Of a stretch of 64,000 nt of DNA, positions 9,774-18,351 are shown one piece after another. The stretch is taken from positions 6,263 through 70,262 of the forward strand of contig QAKK01000038.1 in assembly GCA_003343845.1 (NCBI GenBank). Reading direction: 5' to 3'. Origin of the DNA: Oscillospiraceae bacterium (lineage in GTDB: Bacteria > Bacillota > Clostridia > Oscillospirales > CAG-272). Both the position numbers and the translations under genes were made by a program. The notes beneath the pieces are model-generated. The model did no database searches. It saw only the letters and a list, made by a program, of their open reading frames with translations, and was not told the DNA's origin. Each line of letters begins with the position of its first letter. The stretch's first letter is position 1.

Positions 9774-10244
9774 GCATGTCGGAGGGCGTATAGAAGTATG
9801 GTTTTTTGCTGTGAATCCATGGAGTATTCGCCGAATGGATCGATTTGTTTCGGAAATTGCGGCTGCGGTCGGGGCTCCGATGCACATTATTTTGGGTGCG
9901 CCGCTGATATGCAATGAAACGACGCTTGTGTTGCCTCGGATCAGCACTATAATCATGGCTGTATGAATGCATTAATGCCCGCTTTTCCCGATCGATTTAA
10001 TAAGGTGAAAGACAGTATTCTGAATCATATTGCAGTAGAATAATACATTCAACCAGTATTTCGAATTTGTATTCGGATATTAAATTTTTAACTAGGCAAG
10101 CAAATGAGTTTTATTTTGAATACTCAAGTTCTGAGAAAGCGTATGAAAAAGTCAATACAATATTGAAAAACAACACTTAAAGATAATGCTGAAAACACAC
10201 TGACGGTTTGCTTATAACGTATTTAAATTAGGAGAGGTAGAAGA

Positions 10245-11996
10245 ATGAAAGAAATACGTTGGTTATTAAAGCCATATGTTAAATACGGCAAATTATATTT
10301 GATCATTTCTATATTATTTGCTGTAATTATCCTCCCACTTGACTCTGTGATTCAAGTATACTTTCCGCAAGCAGTGTTAAACTTGCTTTCTTCACATAAA
10401 GATTTTTTAGTTATCGTTTTCACTGCAATTGGTTTTGAGAGCGTTCTTTTACTAATTACTCTTTTAGATGACCTTTTTAATAATGCATACAAAGAGGCTG
10501 TAAGTGTTCGGATATGCGCGAACATCAATCGCGAAATATATGAACAATGCTGCAAAACGAGATATGATTATGTTGATAACCCGGATTACTTTGATAAATT
10601 TTCATGGGCAATAAAAGAATATGCCAACAAAAGCACAGAGGTCGTCGGTTTTATTGTGTCTGGTTTGACTTTAATTATAACAATAGCGTCACTTACAACA
10701 ATAATTGCGGCAAGCATATGGTGGGTAATTATTATTATGGTGACAAGTTTTGCATTAAAGTCGCTTGTGGTTGCAAAAGTTAACAAACTTGATATGCAAA
10801 AGGACGAGGAGAACGTCCCAATTGATAGAAAAATAGCGTACTTCCACCGCGTTTTTTATCAGAAGTCATATGCGGCAGAATTGCGTACAACAAAATTGAA
10901 GCGTATTATTTTAACTCATTATGAAGAAGAAATCCAAAATAAAATACACTTAATCAGAAAATATATAGTAAAAACACTTTATTTATTAATTATAAACGAC
11001 TTGCTTGTCAGAATTGCGGATGTTTTCATAGTAATTGGAATTGCCGGATCTATACATAATGGCAAGGTGTCCGAAGTGGGCGCTTATATGACATTGTTGC
11101 TGGCCGCAAACAAGCTTAACGATCTCTTTTATCAGATTTTTGATATCTTCCGCACAGGCAACAAATTAAAAAAATACGGGGGCAATATACATAAATTCTT
11201 TTGTTATCAAACGGAAAAAACGGATGGAATTGGCGCTTCGGCGGATAAACCATTTGAAGTTGAATTCAAGAATGTGAGTTTTTCGTATCCGAATTCGTCT
11301 TTTGCGTTAAGAGACATCAGTTTTAAGATATCCGCTGGTGAACGAGTTGCCATAGTCGGTGAAAATGGTGCGGGTAAATCAACCATTGTAAAGCTTCTGT
11401 TGAGGTTACATGACGTACAGTCTGGCGAGATATTGATAAATGGTGTGAATATAAATGATTATAATCTGTTTGAATTACGTAATGCCATAGGTGTCGCATT
11501 TCAGAATACGAACATCTATGCTTTTTCCATGGATGAGAATATTGGACTTTATGATAATTCAACAGAAAAAGCAATAACGGAAGCAAAAAAAGCATTTGGG
11601 TTAGATTTAATTGTTGCAAAAAACGGGGCTTCAAATGATGCGACGCTAACCAGAGAGTTTGATGATAATGGGATTGTACTTTCAGGCGGTGAAGCACAAA
11701 AAGTTGCAATTGCAAGGACTACAACAAAAAAATTCTCCCTGCTTATGTTAGATGAACCCTCATCTGCATTAGATCCTATTGCTGAGTATAATTTGAACCG
11801 GTCTCTTTTCAAACGAAGTAAAGAGACTACCACTATAATGATTGCGCATCGATTGTCATCTGTTAGGAATATGGATAAGATACTGGTGATAAATAACGGA
11901 GAATTAATGGAAAGCGGAACACATGACGAATTAATGAGAGTACAAGGGCTGTATTCTGAAATGTTTTTAAAACAAGCAGAGAACTATCAAATATGA
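10245..11996 (+). CDS. ABC exporter, fused permease/ATPase half-transporter
   Basis: 583 aa. N-terminal 6-TM domain, Walker A GENGAGKST, signature LSGGEAQKVAIAR, Walker B LLMLDEPSSALD. AGGAGAGG RBS. Strikingly AT-rich compared with the flanks. No C39 peptidase domain. Confidence 0.9.
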   Translation: MKEIRWLLKPYVKYGKLYLIISILFAVIILPLDSVIQVYFPQAVLNLLSSHKDFLVIVFTAIGFESVLLLITLLDDLFNNAYKEAVSVRICANINREIYEQCCKTRYDYVDNPDYFDKFSWAIKEYANKSTEVVGFIVSGLTLIITIASLTTIIAASIWWVIIIMVTSFALKSLVVAKVNKLDMQKDEENVPIDRKIAYFHRVFYQKSYAAELRTTKLKRIILTHYEEEIQNKIHLIRKYIVKTLYLLIINDLLVRIADVFIVIGIAGSIHNGKVSEVGAYMTLLLAANKLNDLFYQIFDIFRTGNKLKKYGGNIHKFFCYQTEKTDGIGASADKPFEVEFKNVSFSYPNSSFALRDISFKISAGERVAIVGENGAGKSTIVKLLLRLHDVQSGEILINGVNINDYNLFELRNAIGVAFQNTNIYAFSMDENIGLYDNSTEKAITEAKKAFGLDLIVAKNGASNDATLTREFDDNGIVLSGGEAQKVAIARTTTKKFSLLMLDEPSSALDPIAEYNLNRSLFKRSKETTTIMIAHRLSSVRNMDKILVINNGELMESGTHDELMRVQGLYSEMFLKQAENYQI

Positions 11997-12173
11997 AAAG
12001 AGAAACTTGAGCGTGGAGATATATCCACGCAAGAAAAATTGTTGTCCGACCGGTGCATGGGATGCGGACTTGATTCGCGCGGGGGCGTACCCCCGCTTGG
12101 TCGCCGGCGGTCGAAACTGTCCACCGGACAGTTTCTCTGTACCGCCTCTGTTCAAGTCCTCTCGATTAACAGA

Positions 12174-12210
12174 CCAAAAAAAGAGATACCCGAATGGGTA
12201 TCTCTTTTTT
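12174..12210. terminator. bidirectional hairpin terminator between ABC exporter and tRNA-Leu
   Basis: AAAAAAAGAGATACCC-GAAT-GGGTATCTCTTTTTTT: perfect stem with A/T runs on both sides. Confidence 0.7.
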
Positions 12211-12297
12211 TGGTGCGGGTGAAAGGACTTGAACCTTCACGAAGTTGCCCCCATAAGAACCTGAATCTTACGCGTCTGCCAATTCCGCCACACCCGC
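12211..12297 (-). tRNA. tRNA-Leu (anticodon CAG), CCA encoded
   Basis: Hand fold of GCGGGTGTGGCGGAATTGGCAGACGCG-TAAGA-TTCAGGT-TCTTA-long variable arm-GAAGGTTCAAGTCCTTT-CACCCGC-ACCA. Confidence 0.9.
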
Positions 12298-12340
12298 ATA
12301 TGATAACCACGCATTGCTGCGAAATTATTTTTATAAGTCG

Positions 12341-12595
12341 TCAGTCTTCTTTCTTTTTCTCAAGGCAATCGGTTGCGTAGAGAACCGCAACGGCGACGCC
12401 CGCGAAACAGTAGAGACGGACGATCTGCCAGACCAGGTTGATCGCGACGCTTGCCGCCTCGGGCAGGGAACCGATCCCCAACAGAAGGGAAGTCAGCACC
12501 CGGACCGCAACCAGGATCAGGGCATAGAAAAGAGATTCGAGAATCACGCATTTCAGGCTCTTGCCTTTGAAGCTGAGCGCAAAGAACTTACGCAT
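12341..12595 (-). CDS. small hydrophobic membrane protein
   Basis: 84 aa with two predicted TM helices. GGAGG RBS 5 nt upstream of the ATG. Lies between the two tRNA-Leu genes on the same strand. Confidence 0.5.
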   Translation of the reverse strand: MRKFFALSFKGKSLKCVILESLFYALILVAVRVLTSLLLGIGSLPEAASVAINLVWQIVRLYCFAGVAVAVLYATDCLEKKKED

Positions 12596-12643
12596 TCCGA
12601 CCTCCGGTTTTCAAAAGAAAGGGCAGACAGGAACGCCTGCCCT

Positions 12644-12728
12644 TGGTGCGAGAAACGGGACTTGAACCCGTACGGAGAAATCCACACGCCCCTCAAACGT
12701 GCGCGTCTGCCAGTTCCGCCACTCTCGC
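12644..12728 (-). tRNA. tRNA-Leu (anticodon GAG), CCA encoded
   Basis: Hand fold of GCGAGAGTGGCGGAACTGGCAGACGCG-CACGT-TTGAGGG-GCGTG-variable arm-GGGTTCAAGTCCC-...CTCGC-ACCA. A terminator-like hairpin GGGCAG...CTGCCC lies just downstream (12621-12643). Confidence 0.9.
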
Positions 12729-12782
12729 AGAATGCCTGGACTTTATGAGGGATGCCGACGGCTTGCCGTCGAGCACTTTTAT

Positions 12783-12811
12783 ATTATACAAACCGGGCGG
12801 CGGATTGTCAA
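12783..12811 (-). promoter_or_regulatory. consensus sigma-A promoter driving tRNA-Leu(GAG)
   Basis: Minus strand: TTGACA (12811-12806), 17 nt, TATAAT (12788-12783). Perfect consensus. Confidence 0.75.
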
Positions 12812-12874
12812 GCCCTTTTGCGAATTTTCCGAAAAAAGTTTTTGCCCCTCGCGAAAAAAGACCTTTTGCGTATC

Positions 12875-12903
12875 TTGATTGTTCGTATCGTTTATGGTAT
12901 ACT
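12875..12903 (+). promoter_or_regulatory. sigma-A promoter for asnB-like operon
   Basis: TTGATT (12875-12880), 17 nt, TGgTATACT (-10 at 12898-12903). Confidence 0.65.
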
Positions 12904-12944
12904 ATATTAGTTAAAGAAATACTTTCATAAACGGGGATTTTGCT

Positions 12945-14801
12945 ATGTGCGGTATCGTCGGGTTTTCCGGAAAAATCGAATACAAGCGTGAGATCGTGCA
13001 AAACATGATGGATCTGATCGTCCACCGCGGACCGAACAGCGCGGGTGCGTATACCGACGCGGATATGGCGCTCGGCTTCCGTCGCCTGAGCATCATTGAC
13101 CTTGCGGACGGTTCGCAGCCGATGTACAACGAAGACAAGAGTCTTGTGCTGGTCTACAACGGCGAGATCTACAACTTTCAGGCGCTGCGCGAGGAGCTTA
13201 TCGCGGCGGGGCACACCTTTGCGACGCACTGCGACTCCGAGGTGCTGCTGCACGGCTATGAGCAGTACGGCGGGCGCGAGCTTGTGAAGAAGCTGCGCGG
13301 CATGTTTGCCTTTGTTATCTGGGACACGAAGGAGAAGAAGCTCTTCGGCGCCCGCGATATGTTCGGCATCAAGCCCATGTATTATACCACCACGAAGGAC
13401 GGCGAGTTCATCTTCGCCTCCGAGATCAAGAGCATGCTGGCGCACCCGCATTTTGAGCGTGCCGTCAACAAGAACGCACTGCTGCCGTATCTGACCTTCC
13501 AGTACAGCGCCACCGAGGAGACCTTCTTTGCCGGGGTGTACAAGCTGCTGCCCGCGCATTTCTTCGAGTGGAAGGACGGCGAATTTGTCACCGAGCGCTA
13601 CTGGGACGTGGATTTTGAGGCGAAGGACGGCGACTTTGAGGCGTACTCCGAGGAGCTCGACCGCGTCGTGCACGAATCGGTCGAGGCGCACCGCATCAGC
13701 GACGTGCCGGTCGGCTCGTTCCTCTCGGGCGGCGTGGATTCCAGCTATATCACCGCCTGCCTCATGCCGGAGGAGACCTTTTCGGTCGGCTTTGAGGGCG
13801 AGCATGAGAAATTCAACGAGACGAACGAGGCGGCAGAGCTGTCTCAGCGGCTCGGGATCAAAAACGTGCGCCGCATGATCTCGGCGGACGAGTGCTTTGA
13901 GGCATTTCCGACCATCCAGTATCACATGGATGAGCCGCAGTCCAACCCGTCGAGTGTGCCGCTCTATTTCCTTGCCAAGCTGGCTGCCGAGGACGTCACC
14001 GTCGTGCTCTCCGGCGAGGGCGCGGATGAGATCTTCGCGGGCTATGAGTGGTATGACGAGACTCCGATGATGCGGAAGTACAAGAAACTGCCGCAGTTTC
14101 TGCGCATTGCCGCCGCGCGCGTGGCGCGCGCGCTGCCCTATTTCAAGGGGCATGACTTCATCATCAAGGCCAGCGGACGCCCCGAGGACTACTTCATCGG
14201 ACAGGCGCTGGTCTTCCCCGAAAAGGAGGCAAAGGCGGTCCTGCGCGACGAATATAAAAACGGCGAGCGCGTGCACGACATCACCGGCAAGATCTACGCG
14301 CGCGTTAAGGGGCGCGACGAGTTGACCAAGAAGCAGTATCTCGACCTGATGCTTTGGCTGCCGGGCGACATTCTGCTCAAGGCGGACAAGATGAGCATGG
14401 CGCACTCGCTGGAGCTGCGCGTGCCCTTCCTCGACAAAGAGGTCATGAAGATGGCGGAGAAGATCCCCGCAAAGTACAAGATCACAAAGGAAAACACCAA
14501 GTATATTCTGCGCCACGCGGCAAACCGCACGCTCCCCGACGAATGGGCAAACCGCAAGAAAAAGGGCTTCCCCGTGCCGATCCGCCTGTGGCTGCGCGAG
14601 GAGAAATATGCGCAGATCGTGCGCCGCTATTTCGAGAGCGCGTTTGCTGCCGAGTTTTTTGACACCGATGCGCTGATCCGCCTGCTCGACGACCATGTGG
14701 CGGGCAAGGCGAACAACGGGCGCAAGATCTGGACGGTCTTCACCTTCCTCGTCTGGTACAAGCGTTTCTTCATCGACTTCATTCTCCCGGTCTACAACTG
14801 A
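12945..14801 (+). CDS. asnB: asparagine synthase (glutamine-hydrolysing) family amidotransferase
   Basis: 618 aa with the N-terminal nucleophile MCGIVGF and the PP-loop SFLSGGVDSS. The symbol denotes the family only; see the finding on a peptidoglycan amidation role. Confidence 0.9.
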   Translation: MCGIVGFSGKIEYKREIVQNMMDLIVHRGPNSAGAYTDADMALGFRRLSIIDLADGSQPMYNEDKSLVLVYNGEIYNFQALREELIAAGHTFATHCDSEVLLHGYEQYGGRELVKKLRGMFAFVIWDTKEKKLFGARDMFGIKPMYYTTTKDGEFIFASEIKSMLAHPHFERAVNKNALLPYLTFQYSATEETFFAGVYKLLPAHFFEWKDGEFVTERYWDVDFEAKDGDFEAYSEELDRVVHESVEAHRISDVPVGSFLSGGVDSSYITACLMPEETFSVGFEGEHEKFNETNEAAELSQRLGIKNVRRMISADECFEAFPTIQYHMDEPQSNPSSVPLYFLAKLAAEDVTVVLSGEGADEIFAGYEWYDETPMMRKYKKLPQFLRIAAARVARALPYFKGHDFIIKASGRPEDYFIGQALVFPEKEAKAVLRDEYKNGERVHDITGKIYARVKGRDELTKKQYLDLMLWLPGDILLKADKMSMAHSLELRVPFLDKEVMKMAEKIPAKYKITKENTKYILRHAANRTLPDEWANRKKKGFPVPIRLWLREEKYAQIVRRYFESAFAAEFFDTDALIRLLDDHVAGKANNGRKIWTVFTFLVWYKRFFIDFILPVYN

Positions 14802-14822
14802 TTTTAGGGTAAGGATAGTATT

Positions 14823-16061
14823 ATGGAAGACTTGAATCTGAATGTCATTCCCGTGCTGATCGGCGCGGATCAGAATTGCTATAACGTGGCGCGCGCATTC
14901 CATGAGGCATACGGGCTTGTCTCGCATGCGATGGGGCGCTATGCCATCGGTATCACGCAGCACACCTCGATCGTGAAGTTTCACCGCGTGGAGAACCTGA
15001 ATCAGGACGATACCTTCATGATGGCGATGGCGGACTTTGCCGCCAAGCACAGCGATGCGACGCTGATCGCGCTCGGCTGCACCGACGAGTATGCCGCGCT
15101 GCTCATCAGACACCGCGAAGAGCTGGAAGACCGCTATATCATCCCCTACATCCGCGAGGATCTGATGCAGAAACTGGTGGACAAGGCGGATTTCTATACA
15201 ATGTGCGACAAGTACGGCATTCGCCACCCGAAGACGGTGGTACTGGATGCGCCCGCCGAGGCGGATGCGCTCACGGCGGACAAGCTCGGCTTTGCTTATC
15301 CGATCATCGTCAAGCCGTCCTCCAGCATCGACTACTGGCATCACCCCTTCGACGGCATGAAGAAGGTCTACACGGCGGAAAGCCCCGCCGAGGCGGCAAA
15401 AATCGTCGCCGAGATCTACAATGCAGGCTATACACAGCGGATGATCCTGCAGGACAGGATCGAGGGCACGGATGCCAACATGCGCGTGCTGACCGCCTAT
15501 GTCGGCAAGGATGGCAAGGTGAAGATGATGTGCCTCGGTCATGTACTGCTTGAAGAGCACACGCCGAAGGGGCTGGGCAACCACGCCGCCATCATCACCG
15601 AGTACAACCCGGAGCTGACCGCTAAATTCCGCACCCTGCTTGAGGATGTCGGCTACCGCGGCTTTGCCAACTTTGACATCAAATACGACGACCGCGACGG
15701 TACGCTGAACGCCTTCGAGATCAACCTGCGGCAGGGCAGAAGCAACTACTATGTCACGTCCTCGGGGCTGAACATCGCAAAGTATCTGATCGAGGACAAT
15801 GTTCTCTGCCGCGACATCCCGTACACCGAGGCGAGCGAGCCGCATTTCTGGCACTATGTGCCGCGCGGCGTCATCTATAAGTATGCAAGTAAAAAGGTCG
15901 TGCCCGAGGCAAAGCGCCTCTCCCGGCAGAAGAAGGAGTCTTCCTCGATGTGGTACGCATGGGACGTTCTGCGCAATCCGATGCGCGTCCTGTATCTGAT
16001 CGAGCACGGCAGACGCTTCTACAAAAAGTATAAGACTTACTGCCCGAAGCAGGACGGCTGA
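14823..16061 (+). CDS. ATP-grasp carboxylate-amine ligase (D-aspartate ligase-like candidate)
   Basis: 412 aa. N-terminus VIPVLIGADQNCYNVARAFHEAYG and a central ATP-grasp region (PIIVKPSSS...). Operon context with an aspartate racemase. Confidence 0.65.
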   Translation: MEDLNLNVIPVLIGADQNCYNVARAFHEAYGLVSHAMGRYAIGITQHTSIVKFHRVENLNQDDTFMMAMADFAAKHSDATLIALGCTDEYAALLIRHREELEDRYIIPYIREDLMQKLVDKADFYTMCDKYGIRHPKTVVLDAPAEADALTADKLGFAYPIIVKPSSSIDYWHHPFDGMKKVYTAESPAEAAKIVAEIYNAGYTQRMILQDRIEGTDANMRVLTAYVGKDGKVKMMCLGHVLLEEHTPKGLGNHAAIITEYNPELTAKFRTLLEDVGYRGFANFDIKYDDRDGTLNAFEINLRQGRSNYYVTSSGLNIAKYLIEDNVLCRDIPYTEASEPHFWHYVPRGVIYKYASKKVVPEAKRLSRQKKESSSMWYAWDVLRNPMRVLYLIEHGRRFYKKYKTYCPKQDG

Positions 16062-16071
16062 GGAGGCGCGT

Positions 16072-16791
16072 ATGGAAAAAGCAAAGACGCTCGGCATTCT
16101 CGGCGGGCTCGGTCCGATGGCAGGGGTCTACTTCTATGAAAAGGTCACCGCGCTGACGAAGGCATCCTGCGATCAGGAGCACATCAACGTGATCCTTGCA
16201 GGGCTTGCCGACACGCCGGACCGCACGGATTTCATCCTCGGCAAGAGCACGGTCGATCCCACGCCGCGCATGGTGGAGAGCGCAAAGATCCTTGAGCGCG
16301 CGGGCGCGGATGTGATCGCCATGCCATGCAATACGGCGCACTATTTTTACGACGCGATTGCGGGCAGCATACACATCCCGATGCTGAATATCATCGAGGA
16401 AACGCTGAAGCTGCTTGCGGGCAAGGGCGCGCGCAAGATCGGACTGCTTGCCACCGAAGGCACCATCGCGGCAGGAACCTATCCCGCCGTGGCGCAGGCG
16501 CACGGTATTGAATGTGCCGCCCCCACGCCGGAGGAGCAGGCGGTCATCACCGCTATCATCTATCAGGAAATCAAATGCGGCAGACGCCCCGACATGCGGG
16601 CGTTTTACCGTGTGGCAAACCGCATGCTGGACGACGGCTGCGATTTTCTCGTGCTCGGCTGCACCGAGCTGTCGCTGCTTGAACGGGACTATCACCTCGG
16701 CGGTCGTTTCGTGGATTCGGTCGATGCGCTGGCGCGCGCCACAGTGCTGGCGTGCGGCAAGACGCTTTGCGACGCGGAGGGAGGCATCTGA
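16072..16791 (+). CDS. aspartate racemase (Asp/Glu racemase family)
   Basis: 239 aa with GILGGLGPMAG and the two catalytic Cys contexts MPCNTAHYF and LGCTELSLL. Confidence 0.85.
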   Translation: MEKAKTLGILGGLGPMAGVYFYEKVTALTKASCDQEHINVILAGLADTPDRTDFILGKSTVDPTPRMVESAKILERAGADVIAMPCNTAHYFYDAIAGSIHIPMLNIIEETLKLLAGKGARKIGLLATEGTIAAGTYPAVAQAHGIECAAPTPEEQAVITAIIYQEIKCGRRPDMRAFYRVANRMLDDGCDFLVLGCTELSLLERDYHLGGRFVDSVDALARATVLACGKTLCDAEGGI

Positions 16792-18275
16792 TGCAGTTGT
16801 CCGAACTGATTGCGGCGTCCGGCGTTGCCGTGCGGCAGCAGAACGGCACGGGCGATGAAAATATCGAGCGCGTGGTCTGCGATTCGCGCGCCGCTGCGCC
16901 CGAGACGCTGTTCGTCTGCATCCGCGGGTTCACCGGTGACGGACACGCCTTTGCCGCGCGCGCCTATGCGGCGGGCTGCCGCGCGTTTTTAGCCGAAGCG
17001 AAGCTGTCACTGCCCGACGATGCCGTCATTGTTTACACAAACGACACACGCCGCGCGCTGGCGCAGGTCAGCGCGGCATTCTACGGCTTCCCCGCGCGGG
17101 ATCTGACCGTCATCGGCATCACGGGGACCAAGGGTAAGACCACCACGGCGCTGATGCTGGCGGCAATCCTCTCCGAAAACGGGATGCCCGCAGGCTACAT
17201 CGGGTCAAACGGCGTGGACTTCATGGGCAATCATTTTGACACGAAGAACACCACGCCCGAGAGCCTGGAGCTGCACTATTATTTTGATCGGATGCGCAGC
17301 GCGGGCTGCCGCGCGGTCGTCCTCGAGGTGTCCTCGCAGGCGCTGTATCTCGACCGCGTGTACGGCATTCCGTTTGACGCAGTGGCATTCACCAACCTCG
17401 CGCCCGATCACATCGGCGGGTTTGAACACCCGACGTTTGAGCATTACCGCGACTCGAAAAAGAAACTGTTCACCGACTTTGGCGCGACCTTTGCGGTCGG
17501 CAACGCCGACGATCCCGCGACCGCCTATATGCTCGACGGCTGCAGCGCGCTTTGCAGCAGCTTCGGCGTGACGGCAGGGGATTTTCGCGCGTCGGAGATG
17601 ACGCCGTTCCGCGCGGCGGGGGAGCTCGGCGTGGAATTTACGCTGACCTATTTCGGTACACGCCGCCGCGTGCGTCTGCCGATGCCGGGGGCGTTCAGCG
17701 TGCACAATGCGCTCTGCGCCGTCGCGCTTGCGCATCTGTTCGGCGTGTCGATCGACGATGCCGCCGCGTCGCTTGCGCACACCTATGTGCGCGGACGCTT
17801 TGAGATCGTCAAAACGCCGCTTGACGCCGTGTTTATCCTCGATTACGCGCACAACGGGCTGAGCCTTGAGAGTGCGCTGACCACGCTGCGCGCCTATGCG
17901 CCGCACCGCCTTGTCTGCGTGCTCGGTTCGGTCGGCGGGCGCACCGAGGGACGGCGCGCCGAGCTCGGCAAGGTCGTCAGCGAGCAGGCGGATATGGTGA
18001 TCCTCACGGCGGACAACCCGGATTTTGAAGATCCCGCCGCGATCTGTGCCGCCATCCGGGACGCCTTTGTACGCGAGATCCCGACCGAGATTATCCCGGA
18101 TCGCGCCGAGGCGGTGCGCTACGCCGTGGAGCATGCGGGCGCGGGCGATATTGTGCTGTTTGCGGGCAAGGGGCATGAACAGTATCAGCTTGTGCGCGGC
18201 GGCAAATTGCCGTTCTCCGAGCGGCGGCTGATTGAAGATGCCGCGGCATCCCTCGCGCTTGCCAAAGTTGAATAG
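16791..18275 (+). CDS. murE: UDP-N-acetylmuramoyl-L-alanyl-D-glutamate ligase MurE (third-position amino acid ligase; not DAP-type by motif)
   Basis: Mur ligase P-loop GITGTKGKTTT. Start ATG 16791 overlaps the racemase stop (TGATG). ADNPDFEDP stands where DAP-adding enzymes have DNPR. Confidence 0.85.
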   Translation: MQLSELIAASGVAVRQQNGTGDENIERVVCDSRAAAPETLFVCIRGFTGDGHAFAARAYAAGCRAFLAEAKLSLPDDAVIVYTNDTRRALAQVSAAFYGFPARDLTVIGITGTKGKTTTALMLAAILSENGMPAGYIGSNGVDFMGNHFDTKNTTPESLELHYYFDRMRSAGCRAVVLEVSSQALYLDRVYGIPFDAVAFTNLAPDHIGGFEHPTFEHYRDSKKKLFTDFGATFAVGNADDPATAYMLDGCSALCSSFGVTAGDFRASEMTPFRAAGELGVEFTLTYFGTRRRVRLPMPGAFSVHNALCAVALAHLFGVSIDDAAASLAHTYVRGRFEIVKTPLDAVFILDYAHNGLSLESALTTLRAYAPHRLVCVLGSVGGRTEGRRAELGKVVSEQADMVILTADNPDFEDPAAICAAIRDAFVREIPTEIIPDRAEAVRYAVEHAGAGDIVLFAGKGHEQYQLVRGGKLPFSERRLIEDAAASLALAKVE

Positions 18276-18281
18276 AAATAA

Positions 18282-18315
18282 AAAAGAGGACTTTTTGCCG
18301 GAAAAGTCCTCTTTT
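18282..18315. terminator. bidirectional hairpin terminator (murE / helicase)
   Basis: AAAAGAGGACTTTT-TGCCGG-AAAAGTCCTCTTTT: perfect 14-bp stem. Confidence 0.75.
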
Positions 18316-18351
18316 TGATTCCTGCATACAGTCTGCGGGCTGCTTTCCGCC

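Noticed and set aside
9718-9972. Track ORFs 9718-9966 (+) and 9742-9972 (-) downstream of the island membrane protein.
   Set aside because: They overlap each other and the end of the 8868-9773 gene, and they lack an RBS and any recognisable features. They are probably non-coding or decayed sequence. Only the Cys-rich frame is flagged, at low confidence.
10104-10166. A 20-codon ORF (MSFILNTQVLRKRMKKSIQY) in the AT-rich leader of the ABC exporter, considered as a possible leader or bacteriocin peptide.
   Set aside because: It has no convincing RBS and no Gly-Gly or other leader motif. Short ORFs are expected by chance in AT-rich sequence.
12031-12173. A possible extra tRNA or tmRNA-like gene, suggested by T-loop-like strings GGACTTGA and GTTCAAGTCC.
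   Set aside because: I could not fold either strand into a cloverleaf: there is no acceptor stem and the T-stems do not pair. I keep it only as possible att or tRNA debris within the ABC-island finding.
12693-16097. Very long antisense ORFs opposite conserved genes. Examples: 12693-16097 (1134 aa), 2855-4831, 23714-25900, 28848-30668, 38766-41132, 46791-48812 and 18858-19847.
   Set aside because: These are classic shadow ORFs of high-GC DNA. Their translations are Arg/Ala/His/Gly-rich with no motifs, and each lies opposite a gene with an unmistakable conserved product (asnB, upp/rlu, rpsB/tsf, GH2, polC, sufB, helicase).
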